Assembly (NCBI RefSeq): GCF_006345805.1
Contig: NC_043006.1
Location: 77,996,001-78,060,000 of the forward strand
Source of the DNA: Octopus sinensis
Taxonomy: Eukaryota
Reading direction: 5' to 3'
DNA length: 64,000 nucleotides
The stretch's first letter is position 1; every line of letters begins with the position of its first letter. The notes beneath the pieces are model-generated. The model was given only the letters and a program-made list of their open reading frames with translations. It made no database searches and was not told where the DNA came from. Of the stretch, positions 1-15,799 are shown one piece after another. Position numbers and translations under genes: made by a program.

Positions 1-35
<35 letters not shown>

Positions 36-214
36 CATATATATATATTATATATATATATATATATATATTATATAATATATATATATATATAGGTAGA
101 TATATATATTATATATATAGGTAGATACTCTTTTACTCTCTTTACTCTTTTACTTGTTTCAGTCATTTGACTGCGGCCTTGCTGGAGCACCGCCTTTAAT
201 ATATATATATATAA

Positions 215-247
<33 letters not shown>

Positions 248-2103
248 TAGGTAGATAGATAGATAGATAAATAGATGTTTGTATGTAGGTAAGTAGGTAT
301 GTAGGTCGGTAGATAGGTAGGTGGGTAGGTTGGTAGGTAGGTAGGTAAATAGATAGGTAGGTAGGTAGGTAGGTAGGTCTCGTGCATGTGTGTGTGAGTG
401 TGTGTGTGTGCGTCCAGGATAAGCATTTCTCTTTTATTGCAGCTGACGTGCACTTCAGAAACGCCACACTGTTTGACTTTATAAATACATGTAACATCAC
501 CGATTAGCGGCGAAGCTTTTAAAGATACCGCTTATTAAACTTTCTGATATACTAAAAGAGAAAAGTGTAGGAAAATTGTTACTAATAACGAAGAGATGAA
601 AATCAATTACACCTATGTCTCTTTCATGAACTTATTAACTTGCATCAATAGTTTGAAAATTTTTGAAAGGAAACTTCGCTTTGATTTTCCTTTCTTATCT
701 TTGTGCTTGGCCTATAACAATTGTGTGTATTTTCAGTCGTCCTCTGACTTTTGTCGCTCTCGCTACATTCGTGTCTGTATTCGTTATCATTTGCTGTCAA
801 TCTTCAAAAATTCTTTTAATCGATAATAATTTCCTTAGCGTTTCAGCTTCGTGTATTCTAATTTGGCCATAATCCTCATAACTTAGTTGCCACTCTAAAT
901 TTTAAAGATTTTCATCATTTAATTACACGTCACACGAGTCAAACAACACTTTCATTATAGCAATATCATTGTCTAATCGAGGCTTTCCAAAGTGGAGTGA
1001 TTGTTTTCCTGTAGCCTCTGTTACTTCCGCCTCAAATTCGCTGAAATAATTTGCGCAGTGAGGGATGTTATTATATTTTCCCAAACAGCTCTCACATTAC
1101 TGGCTTTTACCGTGCGCCATGCCTCATTGCACACCATGCCTCATTAATATTTCCCGATGCATTCTTTATGTTAAAGTTCCTCCAAAAGTCGATAAGATTA
1201 ATTGCAATTTTTTCTGTGTTGCTTTTTGCTTTTATTTTCAACAAAGGAAAGCAAAAATATTTTTAGTAGTAGGCCTTGTATCCTGGTATTGCCTTTTAAT
1301 CTATGCTTTGGAATTGATGTCGCTCTTAGAAGTAAAATTGAGATTTAATAGTTTGACAGGTGACAAGAATTGGAACTGCTTCATCAAATCTCCAAATCCA
1401 GATTTAAAAGCGTACGACATGTTTCGGGTTCGGAACAAAGAACAATACTTGACATAGTCTTCCAGTAAACATTTGAGAAACCAAGCTTTTCTATTGGATT
1501 TCAAATATAATGGTAAGTATTGCTAGCTTAACCACTCCCAAACTCAAGAGTTTACGGCTATTTAGATCAATATGGGCTTAATTTTAAACTGGATATGAGC
1601 CTTAAGTTTTTAAATTGTAGATCGAAATGTTTCATTCTTCACCGAATTAATTTTATTCGGGCATCAGTTTCAAAACAATTCTGTTTCAATGGCTTAAGTT
1701 CATAAGTCAAATCTATAATTAAGCTTTCTTTTATTTCATAAGCTTTTAATTGTTCAAGTCATTGGACATTGGCCATACTGAGGTACCAACGAGTCTTATA
1801 TGATCAAATCGGAAGGCAGTACTTTAAGCTTGTCACATTATTGTATTAGCAATTTGGCCGAACTACTATCTTACAGGGATGTGAACAGTCCATTTGCAGT
1901 TGTAAGATTCTAGACACGAACAGAACCGCAAAGCTGCATACACACAGACGAATGTACGCTCACACATATACACACACGCACACGCACACACACGCATATG
2001 TATATATGTATTTATGTATATATATACATATACATATATATACATATACATATACATATATATATGTATTTATATATAAGTATGTATGTATGTATATATA
2101 TAT

Positions 2104-2305
2104 ACTCTTTTACTTGTTTCAGTCATTTGACTGTGGCCATGCTGGAGCACCACCTTTAGTCGACCCCTGGACATATTCTTTGTAAACCTAGTCCTTATTC
2201 TATCGGTTTCTTTAACCGAACCGGTAAGTTACGGGTACGTGAGCACACCAGCATCTGTTGTCAAGCGATGTTGGGGAGATAAACACAGACACAGACACAC
2301 ACACC

Positions 2306-2400
<95 letters not shown>

Positions 2401-2559
2401 GACGGGCTTCTTTCAGTTTCCGTCTACCATATCTACTCACAAAGCTTTGGTCGGCCCGAAGCTATAGTAAACGACACTTGCCCCAGATGCCACGCAGTGG
2501 GACTGAACCCGGAACGATGTGGTTCATAAGCAAGCTACTTACCACACAGCCACTCTTAC
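2104..2559 (-). mobile_element. tRNA-derived SINE family A, full-length copy with internal (CA)n/(TA)n
   Basis: Reverse complement of the 4776-5186 copy; head GTGGCTGTGTGGTAAG (A-box-like) and GGTTCAGTCCC (B-box-like); tail ...GACTGAAACAAGTAAAAGAG. Confidence 0.8.
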
Positions 2560-3278
2560 GCCATGCATATGTGGATGTGTATGAATGTTTTTTTAGTAAG
2601 GTGTGATTAAACAACTTACAGTTGGAAAAAGATTTTACGCTTGCCAATCATATATCATAGATATTACTTTTTATTTACATTAAATAGATTAGCTTGGGTC
2701 ATTATTACATCATACATAATACTTTTTCATTTGATGTAGATATATCCATCATGTGAATATGAACGAACAGACATTCTAGCAATGTTAATTATTTATACTG
2801 TGAAGCAAGAGCTTTCTGATTATGACAAGTATAGGTTTTAAGGCAACATTGTGTTACATAAACCATTATTTCTCCATATTGATGGTTTAAAAATAAAATA
2901 TATTCATAATATTTATTTTGTAGAAAGGTTTGTTAATTACTTATTATTTTTTTTTAATATACTCTCAATTTTGTTAGCGCAAATATACTTTCCAGACATT
3001 TTATGTAATGGAGTCAAGAAAAAAATCTATAGATGTTATACGACGTTTTCTATTCAGAACATACTATCCAGACAGCATCACTATTTTCAGAGCTGTTATT
3101 CCGGGTAGAATTTGTAGAACTAGTGTATTAATGACTCAGTTGAAAGCTATAGAAATTATCTCATTACTCTTCGAAGATTTTGTCTTGTTACACAAAATGT
3201 TATCTTTTAGTTTTCTTTTTCTTACATCTTACGTATATACCATACAAACACTCCCCGTAACCATCCCATAAAGGTATG

Positions 3279-3328
<50 letters not shown>

Positions 3329-3334
3329 AATATA

Positions 3335-3371
<37 letters not shown>

Positions 3372-3654
3372 ATATATATAATATATTAATATATATTATA
3401 TATATATATATATTATATATATATATAATATGACATTATGTATAATATACATATATATCCACCGTATATATAACCGTAATTTTTAGCAACTTTTAAAAAC
3501 CTATATTTTATTGAAGTGCAATAATTGTAACGGATATATATATATATATATATACATATGAACTATAGCCCGAGGCTATAGTAAAAGACACATGCACAAG
3601 GTGCCACCCAGTGGGACTAAACATTGAATAAATAAATAAATAAATGTATATATA

Positions 3655-3989
3655 TATTCTTTTATTCTATTTTTCAGTCATTTGACTGCGGCCATACTGT
3701 AGCTCCGCCTTTAGTCCAACAAATTGACCCCAAAATTTAATGTTTGTAAGCCTAGTACTTATCCTACCGGTTCTTTTACAGAACCGCTAAGTCACGGGGA
3801 CGTAAACATACCATCAGCTGCTGTCAAGCGATGGTGGGGGACAAAGTCAGGCGCACAAATACACACACACACTCACACAAACACACAAACACACACATAC
3901 ACACGCGCGCGCGCACGCGCGCACATGCACACACACGCGCGTGCACACACACGCGCTTGCACACGCACACACACACACAACACACACAC

Positions 3990-4040
<51 letters not shown>

Positions 4041-4153
4041 CGACGGGTATTTTTCAGTTTCCGTCTACCGAATCCACTCACAAGGCTTGCCCAATGTACC
4101 GCGTGGTGGGACTGAACCCGGAAGCAAGCTTCTTACCACTCAGCCACTCCAGC
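3655..4153 (-). mobile_element. SINE family A copy, preceded by a separate family A fragment at about 3560-3622
   Basis: Same head, body and tail blocks as the 2104-2559 and 4776-5186 copies. Confidence 0.75.
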
Positions 4154-4483
4154 AAAATAAATAGTTATATAATCTCAACAAGAGATAGAGTAGCAGTTGA
4201 GTGTTGCTACGAGTGTAACCCCAGACAGATCTTACGCCAGCTAGTTTTCAGTGCAAGCTCTGCACCCTTTATATACAAAATATATAGCAGTGGGAGTTAA
4301 ACCCTACTACTCTCTGTCAACTAACAGGATTGCGGACTGCCCCGGTTTGGATCTATTTGGCTCACATCAGCCGCGCGCTCCTGCGTAGTGGAGTGATAGC
4401 CAAGATCCGGTGGTTTCTTTTTTTTTTATCCTGTTGGGTTGAAAAATCCGACATTTGCATGCTATTATTCATAGTATTTTTTC

Positions 4484-4680
4484 AAGGTGGCGAGCGGGCA
4501 GGATCTTTTGCATGTCGCGCAAAATGCTAGGTCTGAGTTCAAATTCCGCCGTGGCCAACTTTGTCTTTCAGCCTTTCGAGGTAAATAAATTAAGTACTTG
4601 TCGACCACTGGAGTCGATGTAATCGACTAGTACCCTACCTCAGAATTTCAGTCCATGTGCCTATAGTAGAAAGGGTTATT
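4484..4680 (+). mobile_element. SINE family B copy
   Basis: AAGGTGGCGAGC...TCTGAGTTCAAATTCCGCC...CTTTCAGCCTTTCGAGGT...GTCGATGTAATCGACT, recurring at about 14000, 14430, 34480, 35260, 44743, 45040 and 52590. Confidence 0.7.
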
Positions 4681-4775
4681 TATAGTATTTTTGTGTTTCG
4701 AGCATAACATCCGATTATCGAACCTATTGAAAGCCGGTTATTTGATAGATGGAGAAATACTTAGATAATTCATGC

Positions 4776-5186
4776 GTAGGAGTGGTTGTGGTAAGTAGCT
4801 TTCTTACGAACCACATGGTTCTGGGTTCAGTCCCACTGCGTGGTACCTTGGGCAAGTGTCTCCTACTATAGCCTCGGGCCGACCAATGCCTTGTGAGTGG
4901 ATTTGGTAGACGGAAACTGAAAGAAGCCCGTCGTATATATGTATATATATGTATGTGTATGTATGTGTGTATATGCTTGTGTGTCTGCGTTTGTCCCCCC
5001 AACATCGCTTGACAACCGATGAGGTTGTGTTTACGTCCCCGTAACTTAGCGGTTCGGCAAAAGATACCGATAGAATAAGTACTAGGCTTACAAAGAATAA
5101 GTCCTGGGATCGATTGATCGACTAAAGGCGGTGCTCCAGCATGGCCACAGTCAAATGACTGAAACAAGTAAAAGAGTAAAAGAGTA
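4776..5186 (+). mobile_element. SINE family A, full-length copy
   Basis: Pol III A/B-box-like head (GGAGTGGTTGTGGTAAG, GGGTTCAGTCCC), internal TA/TG microsatellite, GTAAAAGA-repeat tail. Confidence 0.8.
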
Positions 5187-6548
5187 ACATTTTATACAGT
5201 AACTTTAAATGAAAATTGGTAGGATAGCCATTTTCAATCCCTTATTAAAACAATTCCATTTTAAAAGTAACTCTAAAACGTTTGTGGATAAAACTTATAC
5301 CAACTTGTTTCCACCCAGCCCCGAATAAATAAAATTGATTGTACTAAGAGTAAGATTGTGTTGAGTGTCTTTAGCAACTAGTGTGGAACATAAGCCACCG
5401 ATGAGGTAAGATACTATTTTATGGTTAAAATTTCTTATGATGTGCTAGAAAAATCCTATTATTTAAGTTAATTTCGAATATCTACAAGAAAATTAATGAA
5501 ATTAAAAGCACAACATTCCCCATACAAAAAGGAACAAAATACATTTTATTTGTTCTGTCAGAGAAAAATAAACTCATTACCATCTCCCTGGCGAGCTCTA
5601 TAGCATGGAAAAGGTTTCTGCGTTTCGATTCACAAATTAATTGAGAAAATATTTTCATATCTTCTTCTGTTTGTAAAGTCTGTGAAACATGCATAATCAC
5701 GAGAATTTAATATTCATCTTTATCATTAGAGAGAAAAATAAAACGAATGTATATTAAGAAGCTCGTAGAATATCCTTCCCGTTAACGTATTTAAAGAAAG
5801 AGCCATACACACACGTACACACACATGGATATATATGCATGTATAGATATATGTATATATGTATATAAGCGTGTATATATATATAATATATGTGGATGTG
5901 TGTGCGTATATGTATGTATGTATGTATGAATGTATGTATGAATGTATGTATGTATGTATGTATGCATGTATGTATGTATGTATGTATGTGTATGTAAGCT
6001 CAAAACGGTAATCTCAAACACCTATTTAAATTCCCGAATATATTTTAACTTAAGAAATTTTCAATGAAATTATATAGACTCGCCAAAATCAATAAGAAAA
6101 ACAATTATAATTTGGGACGCTATAAAATCTCATAACGCCAATTGAATGAATATATGAATCTATAGTCTAAAAATATGTTAAATTCAAAACAGAAAATTTA
6201 TAGGTGTAATTTCAATTATTTCATAACACTAAACACTGTTCAGTGAAGCTACAATAGAATTTGTCAATTTATAGAACTGCCAGTGTGTGTGCGTGTGTGT
6301 TTTTGTGTGTGTATGTGTGAGTGTATGTGTGTGTGTGTGTGTGATGAGAGAGAGAGAGAGAGTATGCGAGAGAGAGAGAGGGAGGAGAGAGAGAGAGAGA
6401 TGCTCTCGCCTTCCCTAAGTATCTAGAGATATCAAACTATTGGAGATATTGTATTTGTCATTTACTTTAGTTTCACAAATTCATACACACACACTCACAC
6501 AGACACACAAATACGTGCAGATACACTAAATCAACAAGAAATGTAAAG

Positions 6549-6581
<33 letters not shown>

Positions 6582-7460
6582 CAGAGAGGTAGAGAAAGAA
6601 AGATGGGAAATCTGAAATGAATATTAAGCATAAATCTTTGTATGACAGTTTTTTTTTTATTCATTTATATCCTAACCAAATAAATTGGTTCGGAACGCAA
6701 TAACTGAGAAATTTAGGTTGGAGCAATAAATGCAAGTTTAAGTTTAGTCAACTATATATAATATTATATATATATATTATATATAATATATATATATAAT
6801 ATATTAATATATATATATATAATATTATATATTATATACATGTATGTATGTATGTATGTATGTATGTATATTCATATATATATATCTATTTATATATATC
6901 GATACACACACACACACACAACATATATATATATATTATAGATATATCATATATACATATATATACATACATACAATGTTCTGTTTCTTTAAATTTTTCA
7001 GCTTTAAATTTGTGGTCATGCTGGGGTACCATTATATACATATATACATATATACGTATATATATATATTATATATATATATATATATATCTATACATAT
7101 ATTATATTATTATATATATTATATATTATACATATATATATATATATATATTTATTATATATATATATTATATATATATATACATATATCATCACACGTA
7201 CATTTTATACTAAATATTATTACAAACTTTTAAAATATTCAAGTCAGCATTAGAACATCAACTTGATTGTCTATTCGACTTCTACTCTCTTAGCGACTTC
7301 CTGCAAATATTGTATTAGCATTTGTGCTATATTTCATGTATGCACACGCACACATAAATCAAGTACACACACAAGAATATAACTATACAAAACATGCGTA
7401 AAAATAAGGACATAAGTCTGCATTTGTGTGTACGTATATTGTATGTGTATATATGTATAT

Positions 7461-7547
<87 letters not shown>

Positions 7548-9674
7548 ATATATTTATGTATGTATATATGTATGTAGGCTTGTATAGACGCGCACACATG
7601 CTCACAAAGAGAGGAAAGGTGGTGTGTTTTAAAGTAATCTTTATTAAGCTAGCCTTCATATCTGGTAATGTGTATACGTGCATGTATATATATATATATG
7701 TGTGTGTCTGCGTGTGTATTTGTGTGTGTATGTATGTATGTGTGTGCACGTGTGTATGAGTGTGTGAGCGGTGTCTGTGTGTGTGTGTGTTATCTAAATT
7801 GAGGGAGTGGAACAGGTAAATTCAGGTTACTTATGTTTCCTAGCTAACAAATTCAATGATGTAATAATTACTCAGTGAGGAGTACTCAGCCAGCTACTCC
7901 TGATGCCGAAGTCGTTTTCATTTTATGAAGAGTAGCTGACACCGTGCCGTCAAAAATGACGGCTAGTTGTAGTATTTTATATACACATAAGTTACAAAAT
8001 AATTACATAATAATCACAGATTATACAAGCATTCACATACTTCCCTTGTACACGCACACACATACACACATATACTCAAAGAGAATCGTAATGCAGTCAG
8101 ACTTTTCTTTTCAGCATTGAAAGTTCACCATCCCATTTCCATTGCACAAACCCCCCACACGCATTCACATACTTCCCTTTTACTTACATACAAATATTCA
8201 CACAGCGTTAAAACGCTGATTTCTTTTCACCCCTCCTTCCTTTTTCATCTATCACCCCTTCCTTTTTCCATTGCTATTACTTTCTCTCACTCGTTCTCTC
8301 GGTCACGGCTATTACTCTTACTACTTCTCCTTCACTGACTTACTATTTTCTCCCCTCTCCCTTCACTTATACTACTCTTTCTCCTACTCCGAGATTTAGG
8401 ACATACACACGCACACACACACACACGTATATATATATACAAATAAATAAAAACAGAACGCTCGAATCCCAAGTTCACTCGCCTTTCATGTAATTAATAA
8501 CATGTGGCGAATCTGGAAGACCAGAGTAGAGAAATGAAAATATAAAAATGATTAGAAAACAAATATTTGAAGAAATAAGCATGTCTGTATTAAATAACAT
8601 ATGGATATATGCATATATATTTGTGTGTGTGTGTGTGTGTAAACTTTGCCTTTCATTCTTTGAGGCCAATAAAATCATGTACCAGTGTCAATGTAATTAT
8701 TGATCACACCCTTCTTAAAATCATTGGCCCTGTAAGAAAATTTGAACACAACATTATTATCATTTCTAATTTAATGTTTCTTAAATTCATCTTCGATCAT
8801 ATATTGTTTAGACAATAGGTACAAGACGTAAAATTTTAACAGAGGAGAAAGAAATAATTATATTGATTAAAGCAGTAGACTGGTCAACCCAAAGTGACCT
8901 AATATATTAAGAGAAGGGCAACAAGCGATTATATTGATCTCAGTACTTGACTGATATTTTATCTAAAAACTCAGAGACCTAAAATTTTAAGAGATGGGAA
9001 ACAAACGATAATTGACTGATATACTATAATATCTACCCAAAGAGGACGAAAGTCAAAGTTGACGTCTGCCGTATTTGAAATCGGAATGTAAACAGCTGTA
9101 TCTAAATGCTGTAACATTTTCTGTCAGACCCAGCAAATCCACTACTGTCTGTGAACGTACATTGTAGCTACAACAATTTCACTGCGTCATATTTATCACA
9201 TACATATTCACTTAAGCTAATAACTTAACATTTTTATCATTACATAATTTTCCGAAACTATATATAAAGTTTTAAACTACATACTTCCATCCGTGTACAA
9301 TACCAGAGAATCAATTATTACTGATGTGGTCGTAAACGTTGAATGAAACATCGTTATTTAATAATACCACATAGTATCAGAAACATGCAAGTATGAGATT
9401 TGTATAAATCTTTGTGTCTGTTTAAATGGTCAAAATGACTCGACTGTACTGCAAAAATGTCTCTGTTAGTAAGTGTTTTAAATCTATTTATGTCTAAATT
9501 TACCAATTCATAAATATAACGTAAGCCTTTCATCTTTTAGATTTAAGCTAATTATTAACGTGATGTGAAATTATCGATTTTCATTTATGAAATAATTATA
9601 TACATACACACACTCACAAGCATATATATATATAAACACACGCATACACACATAAACACAAACACACATACATT

Positions 9675-9729
<55 letters not shown>

Positions 9730-10728
9730 CACATAAATTATAAATGAATGTATTATAGGTTTGGACACCACAGGGAATGTAGCAAGCTAATTCAGAATAA
9801 GCTCATAAAATGGTGAGTGGATACTAGTTGTTATCTGTATTAGCAAAAAATAATTTAATAAAACTGGTAAATTAAAATAATTCACAAAGCTGTTAGGAGA
9901 CGTGATTTTGATGTATCCAATAGAGTTCATTTATATTCGATAGTGTTCAAAACAGTATTAAATTCTCTCGGTAGAGATGAGTATTATTTGAAACGGCAGA
10001 ACTCGAATATCCTAAGGGTTTATTGGTAGGAATTTAATTTCGACAGAATCATTAGAGCAATGGATATAATGCCTTATAATATTTGTTGTGACCCTCCTTA
10101 GCAGATAAGATTAGCATCTTTATTCTAGACACCCTGTCCTAAAAGAAATACCGTTGACTAATTGGCGGATATTTCCACGGCATTATTCTCCAACCATTGG
10201 AGATTAGCTATTTCATCTCTTGTACCTTAAGAACGTCCGCCCCTCTGAAGTGGAATAACCCTATGTTACACATTTATCATAATTTATCCACCTTAGATTT
10301 ACAGTTAAATGCAACTAAGCTGACAGCAACAAAAAAAAAATACATTACATTTAAGTGGTTCAAGAGTTTTTTTTTTTTTTCGCTTCTCTTTACGCCTACA
10401 CGACTATCCTTTTTCCCACTTCCCCCCGCATTCAATAACGTAAATACCAGGCAGAAGTACTATAGTTGATGTACGTGAGTACAGCGATTGAAGATTGAAG
10501 CAATGACCTACCATGACCGCTGTAATAAGTAGTATAGCGTTTAAGATTCAACACTCTGACCAAGTGGCTATTATACAACCGACACCGACAAGGAAAAAAT
10601 CGTGAAATCTATGACTGTCTCAACATGGGGCATAGCCACATAACTCGAAACAATAAACGATTAAGAAAAGAACGAATAATAATGAGTTTACATACATATA
10701 CACATACGAACACATAAATAATATGAGC

Positions 10729-10850
10729 AAACACACACAGAACATAGAACAAACACACACAGAACATAGAACAAACACACATAGAACATAGAACAAACAC
10801 ACATAGAACATAGAACAAACACACATAGAACATAGAACAAACACACGAAC
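10729..10850. repeat. 22-bp minisatellite, about 5.5 copies
   Basis: Unit AAACACACA(C/T)AGAACATAGAAC starting at 10729, 10751, 10773, 10795 and 10817, then a partial unit. Confidence 0.9.
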
Positions 10851-11102
10851 AAAGACAGCATTCTTAATCATTAACAAATGATCTTAATTCTGAATAAGAA
10901 TGTTCAAATAATCTAATCTTGTGGCTGATTCTTTATATTATTCTTTTTAGTTTCTTAATCATTATCAATTGAAAAGAGACTTTCCAATTCCGAAATTGTC
11001 AGAAGTTAGGCTTAACTGAATTTTCATCATATTTAGTCTTATTAAGTATCTTTAAAATGTTACATTGAATTATATGTTTTACATTAAATCGATGTGTGAG
11101 TG

Positions 11103-11199
<97 letters not shown>

Positions 11200-11356
11200 T
11201 ATAGACATATATATATATATGTATATATAGACATATAATATATATATATTATATATGTGTGTGTGTGTGTGTACGTAGATATACACAGAAATATGTATGA
11301 GTGTGTGTGTCCGTGTATGCATGCATATATATATATACATATATATACATATATAT

Positions 11357-11406
<50 letters not shown>

Positions 11407-12351
11407 ATAATATATATATATAATATGTATGCATGTCTATGTATAGTTATATGTATATATATGCATACATATATACATACATCCATATACACACATACAC
11501 ACACGTATCTGTGTGGATGCGTCTGTATGTGTGTGGTGTGTGTGTGTGTGTGTGTTGCGACACATACATAATAGTTACTGATGCATTACGCAACAGAGAT
11601 ATATATCTTTTTGAGGTTTTTGGTACGAATTTAATCTATTTTATTAGATTTATGTATTAATATATTTCGTCTTAACATTTTATATTTATTCGCAATGTTA
11701 TTTATTCCTGTCTAGCCTTAAGTTAATAATAATTCATTCTGTTAAATAAAGTTCATAGCATACAATAACTTAGTGTGATGTGTGGAAAAGGGAATTTATA
11801 TTTTTTTTTACCAGGAGAAAATAGCGAACAGGACATATCGGTAAAGTAACTCGGAAGTGTACAGTTGCTGTTGCTGTTATTGTTGTTGTTGTTATTATTG
11901 TAGCTGCTTTTATTGTAGTTGTTGCCGTTGCGTCGTCCTAGTCGTTATAGATGTCGTTGTTCTTGTTATTGTTCTGATTTTTTTGCATAACCCTTCAGGT
12001 CAACTCTGATTGAGAAGACAGATTTATGATCAAACACTTTACAGCTGAATCCATAGTGTCCTATGGTTTTCAGATATACTGTATCTAGGATCACATTATC
12101 GAATTTGTTCTTTCTCTCTTTTTTAAACAAAATTCGATATGATTATCGGCTAATTTCGTTATTCATCCTATCAGGTCAAACGACGCCACACTAGCGCCCC
12201 CACCCGCTTTGCATCTGCTTTCAGCGTCTACTTCACATTTAAAATATTTCTTATTCTATTCAGCACAACTTCGTATTGTACATGCCAGCGGGCCTTCCAT
12301 GTCTATCACTTTTTACTTCTCACCCTCTCACTCTCATTCACTCCCTCTCTT

Positions 12352-12385
<34 letters not shown>

Positions 12386-13789
12386 GAAACCTATTACAAT
12401 CTACATCCATACTCTAGAGTTCTAAATAGGTGGTGAATTGTCAGGCATTACAAAGGCTTCGCTATATTTGTTCCAACCCTCCGCGTACTGAGTTCAAATC
12501 CCATCGAGGGCAATTTTGTTTTTTATCCTTCCGGGTAGAGGGTAACTGTGTCTGCCGATGGAATTGGATTGACAGTGCTGTTAGTGTTAGACGAGATACC
12601 TTGCAGGCATTTCTTTCGGCTCATTCAACTCTAGCAGAAACTTCTAGTACGACACATGCTAAACAACATTTATGGTATGCGGAGGGAATTTATGCATGCA
12701 TGGATAACTGCTAGTCCTTTAAAAAATCTTATTCAGTAAATACAAATGCATTTACGTATAAAAAGATGGTCATAAGTTGAATGACATTGATCATCCAATT
12801 GTTTGGTCTGGACTAACCTGAAGCTAAACAATAATAACTTTGTGTTGTGAGATTTTTTGTCTTTATTGTTCTTGTGTTTGTTTAGATTCAGGCTACACAT
12901 GATTAAATGTTAAGTGGAAAGCGTTTCCAGTCATGGCCGCTTCCTTTTTAAAGACATTTTGCGCAAAAACCACACCAATAATGTTTTGCAATTTCTTAAT
13001 TACAATAATAACAATAATTAAATAGTGTATAGTATGGCCGTGAGTTTACACCATCTCTATGCAGTTAAGTAAATAATTTGAGGCTTTGTTATTTGCTTAT
13101 CTGTGAAAGGTTGTAATTTTGTAGGAGAAATTACTGATGCGTAATTACTCCTTCAGTGTTACTGAATAAGAGAGACAGCCAGGTTATCATTGGGCAATTT
13201 TTACTGCTTCTTTTTTTTCTACAGAATAATAAATATCCAGCTGAATGCGTCTTTGTTTCATACGGATGAAAGCTATGTGCAAAGGTTTATCAAGGAACAA
13301 AGGGTGGCATCAAGCAATAAAGACGTGAATGCAAAAGCCAACGATCAATACAAGTGGGGTCAGACAGAATTTAACTAGAAACCTCCTACTCCATGAGATG
13401 ACAGACAGGTGAGGACTACAGAGAGGCATCTTTATCGAAAGGGCTTTTTCTTATCATTTCTGAAATGGTTAACTTAAAGGATAATTAATGAGCAGATAGG
13501 ATAATAAAGCATCAGTAAATTTGGCGTATTAGAAAATCATATTACTGTGCACTTCCGAAAGGTCAAATACTTCTACGGGCGTTCTAAATATGACCATCTC
13601 ATTCGTTTCTTCAGTCATGGTGTAACTCTAACTACATTGTTAAATGTCCTTTTATTCTAATCTGTTTGGATATATTTGATGGCAATGGTTTAGCAGAGTC
13701 GGATAGAATACTTTAACGTCTTAGTACTGGATATCTAAGTACTATTTTCTTTAATCGCTTCGAAGATCCGGTCAAGTACTAGGATCTAC

Positions 13790-13823
<34 letters not shown>

Positions 13824-13994
13824 CTCTCTCTTCCTCTCTCTCTTTCTTTCTCTCTCTCTCACTTTCTCTTTCTCACTGAATCTATTGTGTTACGCCAAGA
13901 GATATATTCGTAAGTTGTCATAATTTTCACGTTTGTGTGTGTGAGTGAGTGCGTGTGTGCATGACTGTGTGTGTATGTGTATGTTCATCATGTA

Positions 13995-14140
13995 TAATAA
14001 TGATTTCAAATTTTGGCACATGGCCAACAATTTCGGAGGAGGGGTAATCGATGATTAATGCTACTTGATTTTTCGACCTCGAAAGGGTGAAAGGCAAAAT
14101 CGACCTCGGTGGAATTTGAACTCAGAAAATGAAGACAGAA
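13995..14140 (-). mobile_element. SINE family B fragment
   Basis: GATGAAAGGCAAAATCGACCTCGGTGGAATTTGAACTCAGAA-like block, the reverse complement of the family B core. Confidence 0.65.
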
Positions 14141-14427
14141 ACAATTACGTAAAATATTAACACAAACTTGTAGCATAAACATACGAATGCATACTTTATA
14201 TGCGGAGTATGGTTGAGTGGACCACACTTCACACATAATATATTATTTCGTAATTACTACGTAATTTAGTGATCCATGAAATATGACAAGCAAAGTTGAC
14301 AATATCGGAATTTAATCGCTGTCTCTAAAGATACGTAAGACAGTGTCGTAAATTATTGCGAGCCACACTGCACCAGTTAATCACTCTACAAGGTATTAAA
14401 TTTGTAATTATTGGTTGTAGCACTCAG

Positions 14428-14640
14428 GCGGTCAGCTGGCAGAAACGTTAGCAAGCTGGACACAATTTTTAGCGATATTTCCTCCCACCTTACGTTCGAA
14501 GGTCTAATTCCGCGTAATTCCATCCTTTTGGTGTCATTAAAATAAGTACCAACCAGTTAAGTACTGTGGTCGATTAAATCGACTTTGCATCCCCTTAAAA
14601 GCTATTGGCCTTGTGGCGAATTTTGAAAGGATTACCCCAC
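14428..14640 (+). mobile_element. SINE family B, diverged copy
   Basis: GGCGGTCAGCTGGCAGAAACGTTAGCA...CATCCTTTTGGTGTC...AATAAGTACC. Confidence 0.6.
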
Positions 14641-15799
14641 TAGCATTGGAATGCTTCGTGCTCCTCACGATGTTCGGAAGATGGTTGTGATCTGTAAACA
14701 GTTTTGAGTAGGAACCGGAAAAAGAAGTATGAACATTCAATACGCATATCAAACTAAAACGAATGAGAATAATAAAAACGCAATATCAGATAAGTTATAT
14801 GATGGTCTGCATGCCACACCTGAAACCAATGTCGTGCAGCTCTGCTGCAATTTTCTGCAGTTCGCTGCAAGTTTCGAATACAGACACACGTCAGGGGTAT
14901 TTGAACGGATATGAATGCCTAACTGAAACTTTAGTAGACCACCTCAATTATTATATACAGTATATCATTTTTAGGACATTAAGAATATTTTTTATGCTTA
15001 TCGCCACTTATTTCCTCGACCGGCGATCAAATTATGTAGATTACGTATAATCTTATTTACATATTTTGAATTTCCACATTGACAAACTTTAAAATATTCA
15101 GTTGATTCAAATATCAATGAACCACTGAATTTTATTTGAATATTTTCTTTATTTCCTTTAGAAATATTAAAATTTTGATGAGCACCCACCTGTTCTTCGA
15201 CGATGATTTCGATCACTTTGATACCACTAAATTTGTTTCCCTACGAATGTATTTTCTTATGAATCATTTTCAACAAATTTGCCTCCTGAACAATATGTTT
15301 TCAACCACTGGGTTTTCGAAGAATATTGAAGGCGCGCGTGTTAATAGTTAGGATATTTACTGATAAGTGAATGCTAGGCTTCCCGTTCCTCATTCTGAAT
15401 TCTTAGAATTTCGTCTGTAGGTAGTTCAAAGCGTGAAGGTATCAGAAGGAAATCTTTCTATCAGAGGTTTCTCTCTTGCTTTTTAAACAACCTTCGGGGC
15501 CTTACTTTTACCTGGTTAATTTCTAAATGTCTGACATAAGTTATATTGTTAATATGATCATAATTTTTACACCGTCTTTACAGAGGAAACAATTTCTTTT
15601 ATTTAAGCTGTGATTCTAGTTTAATCTCTGATGGTCACTTATACCACCGTAGTGTGTTACACCATATCATGTGCTCTTCTGTGTGATTCTAGAAACAGCA
15701 GCTAAATCTCTCTTATGTCAAACCCCTACATTTCTATGGGCATTGAGTTGATTAAAGAATGTAGTCTTAGATACACCTGCAAAGATAGGGTGGTTGCGG

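Noticed and set aside
443-505. Good acceptor followed by DVHFRNATLFDFINTCNITD*
   Set aside because: Short, weak donor, no recognisable homology; cannot be supported without RNA data.
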